Positions 50,290-63,559 of a stretch of 64,000 nucleotides of DNA are shown here, in pieces. The position numbers were made by a program, and so were the translations under genes. The stretch is from Octopus vulgaris (lineage: Eukaryota). The stretch covers positions 24,614,001-24,678,000 of the forward strand of contig OX597817.1 of the NCBI GenBank assembly GCA_951406725.2, in the 5' to 3' direction. The number at the start of each line of letters is the position of its first letter. The first letter of the stretch is position 1. Below the pieces are notes generated by a model. That model made no database searches. It worked only from the letters and a program-made list of their open reading frames with translations, and was not told the DNA's origin.

Positions 50290-51900
50290 GCAGCAAGTTG
50301 ATATCACATTCCCATTTCTATCCACTGGGGACCAATACTTGTTTATAGTTCAAATATATTTTATATATTGTGTGTATTATTTGCTCAAGTGTCCAATTCT
50401 GTCTTTTGATTAATTTTAGTCATAATCTCTGAACACAATATATTGACCAGCCATCAGTAGCCTCGTTGTCACATACTTGTACTTTGTAATTTTAAACATC
50501 GGTTAAAACAGTTTTAAATTTCACAAAATCATAGTCGTGATATTCTCAGCAATTTTATGTTTGGTCGTTATGAAGTCAACAAATGATTGCACAATCTTCC
50601 CTTCATCTCCATCAATCACAGCTTGGTATAAAATTTGGCTTGTTTGTTCTTTGTATGGAATATTGAAGTACTTTCCAATAATACCAAAATGTGTTTAATT
50701 TCTTTTGCATTCTTAATGATGTTACTCCTTATTTTTTCTTCCAAATTTTCTAAGCTTCATTTAGCATATCAGGTGAGACACCGGATGAAGCAAACATCTT
50801 TTCTGTTTGATTCTTGGAAGAAGGTCACTTTGCATAGATCATAGTTTACTAGGAAATGAAGTAATCCTAAATAATTTTCTTTATCTTTCATTGTTTCAGA
50901 TTCCACTTTCTTCTTGGTGATCAAGTTAAGCCAATTTCGGTTCAACTACAAATTTAACGATATCAGTCACCTATAAAACTAACTTTTTCCCCTTCTTCAC
51001 TTCATTTTTAACAGCTTGTTCTAATTTTTTTATCAGTTGTAGTTCTACAAGCAATCCTAAGTTCCAACTCCTTACATTTGTGAAAGCCTGAGCTTGTGCT
51101 ATGCTAGATTCATGCTCAATCAATTTAGTATTCACTTTCCACTTCACATTGAATAAATCCACCAAATAAAAATGTGAGTGACAGTCCGCAAAAAAAAACA
51201 AAAAATGAGTACAAAGCATCCTCAGAAAGAGAGTACACCATCCTACTTTTCAACATATTTTCACCTTTAGGAATAGCTTTTAGAAAAAATTACTCAAATA
51301 TCAGTTTTCTTGTTTACCTTTTAACTGATCTACCCTAAAGTAGCACTTCATAGAAATCGAGCTGGCAGAAATGTTAGAACGCCAGGCGAAATGCTTAGCA
51401 GTTTTTCATCTGTCTATACGTTCTGAGTTCAAACTCCGCCGAGGTTGACTTTGCCTTTCATCCTTTCGGAGTTGATAAATTAAGTACCAGTTACGCACTG
51501 GAGTTGATGTAATCGACTTAATCCCTTTGTCTGTCCTTGTTTGTCTCCCCTCTATGTTTAGCCCCTTGTGGGCAATAAAGAAATCAGAAATAAGATACTG
51601 AACTACAGACGAAACTTAATGTACCAGTATGTCATTGTCAATTTTGCCTGGATTTTGACCAGCAACTTTTAAAACAATAACTGGAATTTTTTTGTTGTGT
51701 TCTCAAGTAAAACTGATAAATTGCCTGAAGTTGAAGAATCCCTTAGATTTGGTGATGGTTTGTATTTGGAAACTGCTTCGAATTCAGTAGTAATAATTCA
51801 GTTTCTTCATAAAATGTATATTTCGTCAGTGTTTCTTCACTCCTTTGGTACTTCCTCCTGAGTATTTTCTTTTATCTAACAGGCGCAACACTTTCTTTTG
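50290..51900 (-). pseudogene. Decayed hAT transposase (ZMYM1-like; TTF zinc finger plus DUF4371 region)
   Basis: Ordered motifs GENMLKSRMVYSLSEDALY, KLIEHESSIAQAQA, ENYLGLLHFLVNYD, SPDMLNE, KEQTSQIL...QSFVDFI, QVCDNEA..MAGQY, with many stops and frameshifts. The upstream boundary is approximate. Confidence 0.85.
51358..51584 (+). mobile_element. SINE family D inserted in the hAT remnant
   Basis: Homology to family D. Confidence 0.92.
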
Positions 51901-52449
51901 TTCTCTTCATCAGAGGATAGATTGGTAAAATAATACAATGGCTATTAGCCTAATTAATTTATTGGACATCTGTCTCATAAAAGACGAATTGCTTCTTGTT
52001 CATGACTTTCAGCTCATGAATACAAAATAGGAGATTTGTATGGGTCAATTAAGGAGTGAGAGTTCAAAAGGCTTCAAATGCTATAAAGGTCTAAGAAGGG
52101 CTAGCATTCAGTATCTGGAATTAAATAGAGAAGAACAAGAAATAATATATCTGCAACCAATATTAATGAACAAAAACATTAATATGTGGAGAAATAAATT
52201 CATAGGGGAAGCTTCAAAAATTAAGTAACTCAGAGCTTAAATTCAATTACACAAAAATTAGACCTATGAGCTCACATTTGGAAACAGAGAATGGTGTGTA
52301 TATAAATGTGCATCACTTTAAAAACTTGTGTTGCATTCTACAAAACAATATCTCACACAGGAAACAAAGAAAATATGTCACACATATTTTTAACATACAA
52401 TATTCACATAGGCAAATTGTGAGATGTCTTCTCACTCTTGAGGATCAGT

Positions 52450-52789
52450 TAGGAATTGACTGGTGATTGCCTTTTATGAGGTATCTCATAATTAATTAAC
52501 TTTGCAATTGAAGGCTTTCAATATGTCCATTGGAAAACATTTTGGCTATTTTGTTTTTTAACAGCTTCTTGGTCTAATCCTAAGATGATTTTTATGTAAC
52601 AGCTAATACCAACATAATAATTTCAATATAGGAGTGGCTGTGTAGTAAGTAGCTTGCTTACCAACCACATGGTTCCAGGTTCATTCCCACTGCGTGGCAC
52701 CTTGGGCAAGTGTCTTCTATTATAGCCTCAGGCCGCCCAAAGACTTGTGAGTGGATTTGGTAGACGGAAACTGAAAGAAGACCGTCGTA

Positions 52790-52836
<47 letters not shown>

Positions 52837-53330
52837 GTGTGTGTGTTTGTCCCCTAACATCACTTGACAACCGATGATGGTATGCTTACGTCCCTGTAAC
52901 TTAGCGGTTCGGCAAAAAGAGACCGATAGAATAAGTACTAGGTCTCCAAAGAATAAGTTCTGGGATCGATTTGCTCGACTAAGGGCGGTGCTCCACCATG
53001 GCCACAGTCAAATGCCTGAAACAAGTAAAAGAGTAAGGAGAGTGAATATTAAACATTTATTTACAGTGCTTTATAGATAACGTTCCTTTTTGATAAATTC
53101 AACCAGGCAACATGATCTTCATCATCATCAATTTGCATCACTCAGTAGTATATTTATGATAAAACTTATGCCATAATTGTTCCCCCCTCGCTTTTATCAA
53201 TAACCAAATCCTAATCTATGCTGCACAACCGACTTTCACTATCGAACATATTTTCTTTTTGCAGTATCAGATCATTATGCCTGGCTAATTTTTCGTATAT
53301 TTTCAGGGGGTTTGAGTTGAAATACTCTAG
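52450..53330 (-). pseudogene. Possible very decayed Mutator/MULE-like transposase fragments
   Basis: KIILGLDQEAV...IAKMFSN and PLKIYEKL..DL only loosely resemble MULE motifs. Interrupted by a SINE. Confidence 0.25.
52630..53040 (+). mobile_element. SINE family A
   Basis: Homology. Confidence 0.92.
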
Positions 53331-53332
53331 CA

Positions 53333-53793
53333 TTCATCATCATCATGGTTTAACGTCCACTTTCCATGCTGGCATGGCTTGGACGATTTGACTGAGGTCT
53401 GGTGAACCAGATGGCTGCACCAGACTCCAATCTGATCTGGCAGAGTTTCTACAGCTGGATGCCCTTCCTAATGCCAACAACTCTGAGAGTGTAGTGGGTG
53501 CTTTTTACGTGTCACTGGCTCGAGGGCTAGTCAGGTGGTACTGGCAACGGCAATGCTCAAATGGTGCTTTTTATGTGCCACCTGTATAGGAGCCAGTCCG
53601 GCAGTACTGGCAATGAACTCGCTCCAATGTATTTTTTCAAGTGCCACCAGCACAAGTGCCAGTAAGGTGATGCTGGTAAACATCACGCTTTAATGGTGTT
53701 TTTTACGTGCCACCAGCACGGAGGCCAGCTTGTTGCTCTGGCAACGATCACGCTTGTATGGTACTCTTAGCGCTCCACTAGCACGGATGCCAC
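53333..53793 (-). mobile_element. RTE-like 3' UTR copy with tandem units
   Basis: Colinear with 42506-42950. Confidence 0.87.
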
Positions 53794-54416
53794 TGCATTG
53801 TATCATTTATATTTATCTTGCTGTAGTTATGAGTGTTCTTGACTGATTTTATACGATTATTTATACACTTTGGTCACAATTATGAATAAAATTACATTTA
53901 TAAACCTCCTCTTGTGTTCAACAAATATATTTGTTGGTAAAATTTTTGTCAGGAAACATTTTAGCTTGGTGTGAAAATTTTCCCCATTTATTTTAATTCT
54001 ATTCTCATGACCAAGAGAAAAAATCTGTTTTTGCTGTTGTTATGCAACAGCAAAAGTCATGCAGCTCTAAATCCCAAGAAAAATGTATTTTATAATTTTG
54101 ATAACTTCTGTAATTACAACTACTCATATTTCATTTGATTTTTTTTTTTTTTAAATATATTTTTCTGCAGGTTCTCCTCCAGCATTAGCGATGTCGTGTT
54201 TAATCACATTATTTGTAACGGTTCCCCCACATGTTGACTCAACTATTAGTCTGAAATAAAGCATTTCTCCAATGAATGTGATCAAGAGAATAGCCAGTTC
54301 TCTAAACAACTGAGAGGTGTGTTAGATTTTTATACGCTGAAGACTGATGTCCAAATGGAGTATGACATACATTGTAAAAAGCCATAAACATAAATCATGT
54401 ATGTACACTCATTTAG

Positions 54417-54817
54417 TCTTTTACTCTTTTACTTGTTTCAGTCATTTGACTGTGGCCATGCTGGAGCACCGCCTTTAATCGAGCAACTCGACCCTGGGAC
54501 TTATTCTTTTTGTAAGCCCAGTACTTATTCTATCGGTCTCTTTTGCCAAACCGCTAAGTAACGGGGATATAAACACACCAGCATCGGTTGTCAAGCAATG
54601 CTAGGGGGACAAACACAGACACACACACACACATATATATATATACATATATACGACGGGCTTCTTTCAGTTTCCGTCTACCAAATCCACTCAGAAGGCT
54701 TTGGTCGGCCCGAGGCTATAGTAGAAGACACTTGCCCAAGATGCCACGCAGTGGGACTGAACCCGGAACCATGTGGTTGGTAAACAAGCTACTTACCATA
54801 CAGCCACTCCTGCGCCT
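54417..54817 (-). mobile_element. SINE family A
   Basis: Full length, and apparently a young copy. Confidence 0.93.
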
Positions 54818-54940
54818 ATATTTAGAAGGATCGTTATTATGCCCAGTCAGAGAGTGACCTTTGGTTTCACTCTTATCAGACACTTAGCTGTATAAGTGAC
54901 TCATCATATATATTGAATAAATTTACTCTTTTAGTAAATA

Positions 54941-55315
54941 CTAGTAGTATCGCCCGGCGTTGCTCAGGTTTGTAAGGGAAATAACTATAAAGCATTTTTA
55001 GAGAGTTATAGCCAAAAAATAGCAAAAAAAATGGGGAAAAAATGATGGTAAATTTTTTTTGAGAGTTAAAAAAGGTGGAGTTGCGTACCCTAGACGGTCT
55101 GTGGTTTGGGTTTCTGATTCTCGACCCCATGTCGAATTTATCGATTTTTTTCAGAACTGGGGGAACTTTTCAAAATTTTCGCTGCGTTAGTTTTGAATTA
55201 TGACATTGGGCTATGTGTGTCAAGTTTCATCAGAATCGGTTGAAAGCCGTGGTCAGAGTGAGGGTACAGACACACAGAAAACGCACAGACAAACTGCCGT
55301 TTATATATAGAGAGA
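54941..55315 (-). mobile_element. Chimeric non-autonomous Helitron
   Basis: A|TC start and CTAG|T end. The 5' part is shared with 56073-56331 and the 3' part with the 25231 and 34572 elements. Confidence 0.9.
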
Positions 55316-55383
55316 TATCTGTTAAAATGAGATGTCAGTATTATCTTCATGTTTGTGTAATTTAGACAGCAGTTTATTTACCA

Positions 55384-56331
55384 CTAGCAGCATAGCCCGG
55401 TGTTGCCCGGGTATGTAAGAGCCCCTAGTAGGCAACGACTAATCCCAATCTAGTCCTTTCCCTCTAGGGAACGAAGGCGCATGTGTAGGTTGCAATGTCT
55501 TCTCTTCACTCGAATACTTCTGTGTATACGATGTTCTTAGCTGTCCCTTTGGGCGAAAACATGAAAACATCATTGCGTCTCCCAACGCATGAACAGCCCA
55601 CGTAGAGTTGACCGTTGGCAAAGCATTGTTCGCCCAACTGTAACCCAGCGACTTGTAGCGTTTGGCCTTGGGATTTATTGATGGACATTGCGAAGCAGAG
55701 TTTAACAGGAAACTGAGAATGCCTGAAGTGGATTGGTAGGTCAGCGCCCGACGGTTGAAGGTGCATGCGTGGAAGACGTACTCTCCCTTCCCACAACCGG
55801 TAAGTATTGTGGCCTTTATTAAATGTGGTGGCAAATGTTTCACAACCAGACGTGTGCCGTTGCACTGTTTAGGTGGAACCAAATTCCTGATGAGCATAAT
55901 GGGCACACCGACTTTTAACTTCAGGATGTGTGGCAGCAGGCCTGGCGGTTCAAGTGAATTCAGGAATTCAACAGGATAATCGGCAAGCTCGGCGGGGTCT
56001 GCTGTCCTATCAATAGATTTGTAGACGTGGACATCACCAGGAATAGCTTCAAGTAGCTGGATATTGATGGAGTTGAGAGTTAAAAAGGTCGAGTTGCGTC
56101 CCCTAGACAGTCTGTGGTTTGTGTTTCTGATTCTCGACCCCATGTCGAATTTATCAATTTTTTCAGAACTGGGGGAACTTTTCAAAATTTTCACTACGTT
56201 AGTTTTGAATTATGACATTGGGCTATGTGTGTGTCAAGTTTCATCAGAATCGGTTGAAAGCCGTGGTCAGGGTGAGGGTACAACCTGACAGACACACAGA
56301 CAGACAAACTGCCGTTTATATAGAGAGAAGA
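55384..56331 (-). mobile_element. Internally deleted Helitron retaining the helicase C-terminus
   Basis: A|TC 5' end; 3' hairpin cccggg-caaca-ccggg followed by CTAG|T; PIF1-like coding fragment inside. Confidence 0.95.
55506..56070 (-). pseudogene. Helitron RepHel PIF1-like helicase C-terminal fragment, frameshifted
   Basis: YPVEFLNSLEPPGLLPHILKLKVGVPIMLIRNL..CNGTRL, then after a frameshift QFPVKLCFAMSINKSQGQTL..GQLYVGCS..KNIVYTEV. Confidence 0.95.
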
Positions 56332-56335
56332 TACC

Positions 56336-56631
<296 letters not shown>

Positions 56632-57540
56632 TGTTTAATTATTGGCTAAACTGGCAATATGACCATTCCGAATGCATATGTTTTATTTTATTTATTAATA
56701 TATTATATGATGAAACGCACGCACCCCCTTAATTAAGATTGTTCTTTATATCAAGTTTTTGTTCTTGATATTAACTCTCACGCGCACTCTTAACCTTTCT
56801 GTCCCATCCCTTTCTCAGCCTTCATTCTTTGTTTTCCTTTTCCTCTACTTAACTTGTCTCTTCCTCTCTCTCATTCTTCACTCTCTCTCTCTCCCCCTCC
56901 CCGTTTAACATGGTTTCCTCGCAGCCATTCCCCTTCTTCTCTCTCTTTCTCTTGCTCCTCCTCCCCCCTTCCCGTCGTTCACCAGCGACGTGACTTCCGC
57001 CTTCCTGTCGTTCACCCGCAACGTCACTTCCGCTGCTGTCTCTCTCGCCTGGCTTTTTCAAAGTAATGGACGTCACTCTTTTTCCTCCGCTCGTCGTCCA
57101 TAAAAGATTCTGCGTTTGTAATACTTTTTTTCGTTCAGCGTCAACAGCCCTTCTTATCTTGTTTTTCCTTGTCCTGTTTTTACTATTTTTTACCCCTCTG
57201 CGAAAAGATCTCAGAATTTTAATTGATTTGCCTTTCGCAGGAAGGAAAGTTTTCTCGTCGAAGATACGTCTCGCTTTTATCCTTCGAAACGTAGAGTAGA
57301 TGAAAGCTTTAGCGACTGAAGAAGGGTTTTTTTTCTTTGTGTTAATTGTCCTGTATTCTATTTTGTTGTTGTTTTTAAATATATGTCCAGTTCCTTTGGT
57401 TTGTGTCTATGTTTTCGTTTCTCATTGTGTTCGACGTCCTTTTGGTGTCCTGTACTCATATATGCGTGTATATGTACACGTAGAGGTTGGTACGTACATA
57501 TATGTTTATATATATGCATATGTTTTATTTTATTTATTAA

Positions 57541-57834
57541 CCCCTTACCCAACAATTATTTTGAAAATAAATGTATATTTTAATTGTTTTATTTTACTAT
57601 GTTTTGAATGGTGATTTCGAGGTATATTTCAAACCTTATTTATTATGAATTTTAATTCAATAATATTGATTTTAAATTTCCGCTTTGGGCAGAAACGAGT
57701 TAACCCGTTTTTAGACGAAGGAACTCGTTTGCTGTCGATTTTGGCGAGTCTATCTTTTGACCAGTTAACTCGCCAGAGATAGAAAAAAACGATTTCGGTC
57801 AAAACGCATATATTCGTTTCTGCCGGGTAAGGGG
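57541..57834. mobile_element. piggyBac-type MITE
   Basis: TTAA|ccccttaccc ... gggtaagggg|TTAA. Confidence 0.85.
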
Positions 57835-58234
57835 TTAATATATATATATATATATAAGTAGAGAGTAATGTAAAAACATTACGGAGGATATATAATAAAT
57901 ACTTAAGATTTTTTATGAATATATTAATGGCCAAACATGTTATAAAATATAAAGAAGAAAAACGTTTATGATTATGAACAAGTCACAATTATAACTAATA
58001 GGTCCCTAACACTGAAATTACAATAGTTGCAGACACTATTTGCCATGTCGCCTGAAGGCATTCTTTATCGTGAGGAGAAATAATATGATTGATATAATGG
58101 CTTCATAGTGGTTTTGGCTGCTATTTTTAACATGTAGCGGTTTTCTAACCCTCTTAGTTATAATGGTGACTTGTTCGTAATTATAAACGTTTTTCTTAGC
58201 AGTTCAGCACAAGAGACCAGTAGAATAAGTACTT

Positions 58235-58420
58235 TGCATTGTGCTCTTGAGCAAAACACTTCATTTCACATTGCTCCAGTCCACTCAACTGGCAAAAAGG
58301 AGTAACGCTGGAATGGACTAGTGTCCCATCCAGCTGGGGTGGGGGGAACATACGCCACTGAAACCGGGAAACCAGGCCCATGAGCCTGGCTAGGCTTTAA
58401 AAGGGTGCATTTATTATTAT
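58235..58420 (+). mobile_element. 5'-truncated CORE-like SINE with a family C core but a different tail
   Basis: ttgagcaaaacacttcatttcacattgctccagtccactca is shared with about 4816-4856, followed by atggactagtgtcccatccag..gaaaccggg. Confidence 0.7.
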
Positions 58421-58499
58421 TTTACAATGAATAAGTACAACTTTTTGGATATTTGCTCTTTACTTCAACTTGCACTGTACCTACTTTTTCTGCCACTAT

Positions 58500-58930
58500 A
58501 AATACTTGGTTAAGTAGATTTTCTTGATTTAACCCACATTTCGTCAACTAATCAATATTGCTCTGACAATGGAGACAGCATCCAATTCACTTAGTGTTGT
58601 GATGTCAAGAATTTCTCGCAGATAATACTATCAGGTTTAGTTGTGTCAACAAATCACACAGCAAGTAACAATTGCTTCTTCTTAAGATATGTCAGTACTT
58701 CCATCAACAATTACTGAAATTCCAGGTGAAGCATTGACTACAAGAACTATTACTTTCCTTATAATTTCATCATACAATTGATCAGTTCATTTTCTGAAAA
58801 ATTTTCTAAATGATTTCAAATGCAGAACTTAGAGACTTTGAACACTTCCAGCTGTGTGATTTTGTCCACATAAAGCAATGTCATATGTACAATATAATAT
58901 AATGTTTGAAAGTGTTGAAAATAATTGCAG
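58500..58930 (-). pseudogene. Second decayed hAT (DUF4371-type) transposase fragment
   Basis: DIALCG, NELINC..EIIRKVIVLVVNASPGISVIVDGSTDIS. Confidence 0.7.
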
Positions 58931-58944
58931 AAATCTTCTTTTCA

Positions 58945-59536
58945 TTTACTCTTTTACTTGTTTCAGTCATTTGACTGTGGCCATGCTGGAGCACCGCCTT
59001 TAGTTGAGCAAATCGACCCCAGAACTTATTCTTTGTAAGCCTAGTACTTATTCTATTGGTCTCTTTTGCTGAACTGCTAAGTTACGGTGATGTAAACACA
59101 CCAGCATCCGTTGTCAAGCGATGTTGAGGGAGACAAACACAGACACAAAAACATATACATATATATATATATATATATTCATATACACGACGGGCTTCTT
59201 TCAGATTCCGTCTACCAAATCCACTCACAATGCTTTGGTCGACCCGAGGCTATTGTAGAAGACACTTGCCCAAGGTGTGACACCGTGGGACTGGACCTGG
59301 AACCATGTGATTGGCAAGCAAGCTACTTACCACACAGCCACTCCTACGCCTATTTGTTATTTTTTATACATGCAATCATTCCCTGTAACCAATAAATCAT
59401 CCACGAAAATCCACTCAAAACTCTTTGGTTGACCCGAGGCTATAGTAGAAGACACTTGCCCAAGGTACCACACAGTGGGACTGAACCTGGAACCATGTGG
59501 CTGGTAAACAAGCTACTTACCACACAGCCGCTCCTA
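58945..59536 (-). mobile_element. SINE family A (58945-59351) plus a second head-only copy (59410-59536)
   Basis: Homology. Confidence 0.9.
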
Positions 59537-59964
59537 CAAAAATAACTAAATCGCTAAAATAATTAAATACACTTTGAAATCATAAAAACTGGTGGAGGTG
59601 TGCAACACTTCAAAAGACAACAACAAAATAACAAGAAAAGTACTTTGATTCATCTTTTTTTTTTGTATGAATTGATATACAACCAGATGCATTACTACTG
59701 ACAAAACTAGAGCATGCAGAGTTATGGTAGTCAGTTATAAAATCAAGTATGGGATTTGTACTTTGTTAATGCATAGGCTTATTTTGCTTCTTTAAAATGT
59801 ATTATTTAAAGCTTCCCTTTCAACCAATCTTTATATTTTCATAAATTTTCTAATATCCATTTCTGAACAAAAAAATTGTTTAAAGAAGAAACTAAGGTTG
59901 TCCAAAATGTCTGCAACAATCCAAAAATAACATCTTGATATAAAATCCTGTTATTGTGTCATGT

Positions 59965-60248
59965 GATCATTGCTAGTGCCGTGCCCCCTGACTGGCTCCC
60001 ATGCCAGTGACATGTAAAAAGCACCATTCAAGCATAGCCGATGCCAGTACTGCCTGACTGGCCCTCATGCCGGTGGCACGTAAAAAGCACCCACTACAAT
60101 CTCAGAGTGGTTGGCGTTAGGAAGGACATCCAGCTGTAGAAACGTTGGTAGATCAGATTTGAGCCTGGTGCAGCCTTCTGGCTAGCCAGCCCTCAGTCAA
60201 ACCGTCCAACTCATGCCAGCATGGAAAGCAGATATTAAACGATGATGA
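59965..60248 (+). mobile_element. RTE-like tail copy
   Basis: gtggttggcgttaggaaggacatccagc...aaacgatgatg. Confidence 0.85.
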
Positions 60249-60584
60249 AATACTAGTAAATGCAAAAGCAGCAATCTAATATAAAATTTCTGACTTATTT
60301 CCTCATGAAAACAGTGTCATAGTGTGAAATCAAATTGCTGTGAAACAAAATTTTCATATTTAATTTTAATATTGTCACATTAACATTGTTTCACAAATAC
60401 TTCAACATTTCTTACTGTACAGTATTATGATCTTGAACAGGGTAAATAACTGAAACCAAAATAGAAGAGGTCTTGTCATGATGGTATTTTGCACAGAATT
60501 GTATATATAATGCTTGTATCTGGTTGATCAGTTATATGCATAGCCTCTTATGTCCAGCTCGTATTCTATGATATTTTATAAGGT

Positions 60585-60969
60585 GGATGGAAGCACTCCA
60601 TCGGTTACGACGACGAGGGTTCCGGTTGATCCGATCAACGGAACAGCCTGCTCGTGAAATTAACGTGTAAGTGGCTGAGCGTTCCACAGACACGTGCACC
60701 CTTAACGTAGTTCTCGGGGATATTCAGCGTGACACAGAGAGTGACAAGGCTGGCCCCTTGAAATACAGGTACAACAGAAACAGGAAGTAAGAGTGAGAGA
60801 AAGTTGTGGTGAAAAAGTACAGTAGGGATCACCACCATCCCCTGCCGGAGCCTCGTGGAGCTTTAGGTGTTTTCGCTCAATAAACACTCACAATGCCCGG
60901 TCTGGGAATCGAAACCGCGATCCTACGACCATGAATCCACTGCCCTAACCATTGGGCCATTCCGCCTCC
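60585..60969 (-). mobile_element. SINE family B, full length
   Basis: Reverse complement of 4163-4543. TSD tattttataaggt. Confidence 0.92.
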
Positions 60970-61588
60970 ACTATTTTATAAGGTATTACATGGTGCAATG
61001 ATGCAACAGACATGGGTTTCAACACTAACTTATGTGAAGTAATTTTCTGTACTACAGGGCTAGGTAGAAGACCAGAATTTCCAAAACACTTTAGCGCCTT
61101 CACCATAATGTTCCAACATGACCTTCTATTGAAACCCTATTGTTCTCAGTAAACGGGACTGACTCCAGATGGAGTACAGCCCAAATTTTTCCCACCAGTG
61201 TATGCTTGAGTATACACAGAACTGAATATATGTATCCACGGAAAATTCAGTAAAAGATTCCCATGTCAAGTCATGGCAAAATATATATATTGAAGAAGGA
61301 AAACACTCAAACTAAAGTCCTCCTGACAAGAAGGTAACTTTTATTGACAAATCTTGGAGAAGACTTGCTGATATAAAACCAGAAGATGATATAATTACTG
61401 CATTTCTTGCTTTTGTTTGTCACAAGTATTTTAATTATAGGTACATTGTGAATATCACATGTGTCACAGAAGCATGTTCTTATACAGTAAAAAGATCTTA
61501 TCATGAGATGATTATTGTCCCAAAATGTTAAACAACTATCATTGCTTATATTTGTGTACGTGTGCGTGCATGCATACATATATACATA

Positions 61589-63285
61589 CACACCAAGCTG
61601 AAGTCATAGGTTTTTCATATTTGAATAGTTCAAACAAGTCACCTATGGAAAGGGTTTAGTTATCAAAATATATCCCATTCTATTCTATTTTCTGTTGCCA
61701 TCATCGTGCCAGAAGCTCAATTCTATGCTTATAACATTTGGTTGGTTTAGAGGCAAAAACCTCCCTGCACCTGTTTTCAACTCCATCCTCATTATTGAAC
61801 CACCTTTCATACTAGAAATGAGAACTGGCCCGGAAAGCATGGTAATTTGATGGTGCAATATCAGGAGAGTAGGGAGGGTGAGGCAGCACTTCCAACCCCA
61901 AGTTCATCATGTTTGCACTTTGTTACATTGTCAGTGTGTGCTGGGGCATTGTCATGCTTTTGGAGAGTGTGTCTCTAATTAACTAATGCTAGGTAGTAGG
62001 CTTTCAAAACATCATATACACACTGCAATTGTTGAGCATACAGGTAAGCATTCACAGCCTGACGATCTGGGACAACAATCTCTCAAAATCCCACCAAATG
62101 CACAACATGATCTTCTGTTCAAACCATTCCTGTTTGATAACAGGTTCTGAAATCTGGCTAGAATGAAGCCACTGATTTCTCATATTAGGTTTACAAAAAT
62201 AGATTTACTTCCATCCTTAGTTTTAATTCAATGCCAACTCAAAAATGTTGTTGAGCCTAAGAATTGGTCGGTTCACGAGGAGCTTTTCAACAGTATTTAT
62301 TCACAAGGCCAAGCTTATGGAGGTGTTGATTGATGGTACTTTGTGAAGGACCAAGATCTGCCAACAATGTACAATTACATGTGCTTGGCTGTTGTTCAGA
62401 CATTTCAAGAAAGGCCTCACCTTCCACAACAGCAGGTAGTGGAAGCGCAATGGCCCAGTTGTTAGGGCAGCGGACTCATGGTCGTAAGAACGCGGTTTCA
62501 ATTCCCAGACCGGGCATTGTGAGTGTTTATTGGGCAAAAACACCTAAGCTCAACGAGGATCCGGTAGGGGTGGGGTTAACCCCACTGTACTCTTTTACCA
62601 CAATTTTCTCTCACTCTTTCATCCTACTTCTGCCGCAAAGCAGAGGAACCATGGTGTAACCCACTATGGTGTGGTAAACTTTCAGACCCTAGATTGTGAA
62701 TCCTTTGTACTCCCAGAATGGTTCAGCTCTCCACCCATTAAAAGCCACCATTTACAGAATGAGGATAACAATGTAGCTTTTGCCCCCATGCAACCGCCAG
62801 TCTATCGCATGTGGTTGGTGGATCTTCAAGTTGCCACATGCATTCTTAGTAGCTTAGAGTAGACTCGAATTAGAGATTATTCTTTGTGCCTAATTGCATG
62901 AGTCCTGATTGGAAGAAGAAGAAGAAGAAGACAATTGCAGGTCACTCTGACCTTGGTTTGTCTTTGAGGTTGGTTGGTGTCATGTACCTGAAAAGTCTAA
63001 ACAAGTTTTGTGCCACACTTTCATTGACAGCTCTTGGGCCTTCCTCATTATTAATTTATTTTGGCACTGCTCAAGACTCAGTCCATTTTCCCCACAAGTT
63101 GCGCAAAATTATTCTAAATGCAGTTTTCTCACTACACATTATCAAAGCCACAAAATAAAGAATAAACAATTCAGCAACTATTGGACAACAAGCTATATCA
63201 AATTAATGATATAACATGCAGATACAATTTGCCAAAAATCATCAGTGAAAATCAGATAAAAAAAAAACCTTGACTCAGCTTGTTT
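61589..63285 (-). mobile_element. Full-span decayed mariner element interrupted by a SINE
   Basis: Degenerate TIRs caagctga(a)gtca(t)aggttttt at both ends. Remnants INNEEGPRAVNESVAQNLF..LKDKPRS, QSTINQHLHKLG, KIMLCIWWDFE, HDNAPAH and SPDIAPSNYH. Confidence 0.88.
62440..62930 (+). mobile_element. SINE with a family B head and a different 3' body ending in (GAA)n
   Basis: Head homologous to about 4163-4345, then unrelated sequence. TSD acaa(ca/tt)gcaggt. Confidence 0.8.
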
Positions 63286-63329
63286 TATGTGTGTGCACAC
63301 ATGTGTCATTCTCTCTGTATACAATTATA

Positions 63330-63434
63330 TATACAAGCATACATATGTATATATATATACATATATATATATATATTTATATATATATACATATACATAT
63401 ATATATATACATACATACATATATATATATATAC

Positions 63435-63471
<37 letters not shown>

Positions 63472-63526
63472 CATACATACATACATATATATATATATAT
63501 ACATACATACATACATATATATATAT

Positions 63527-63559
<33 letters not shown>

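Noticed and set aside
54140-54260. Strong splice-acceptor-like site ttttctgcag|g on the plus strand
   Set aside because: All three frames stop within 30 codons, with no recognisable protein or partner exons. A non-coding or terminal exon cannot be excluded.
55439-56194. 251-aa ORF as a functional PIF1 helicase gene
   Set aside because: The N-terminus is Helitron non-coding sequence, the helicase lacks its N-terminal motifs, and it is frameshifted.
57255-57330. Possible hammerhead from cgaaacgta and ctgaaga
   Set aside because: The motif order and stem pairing do not give a complete fold.
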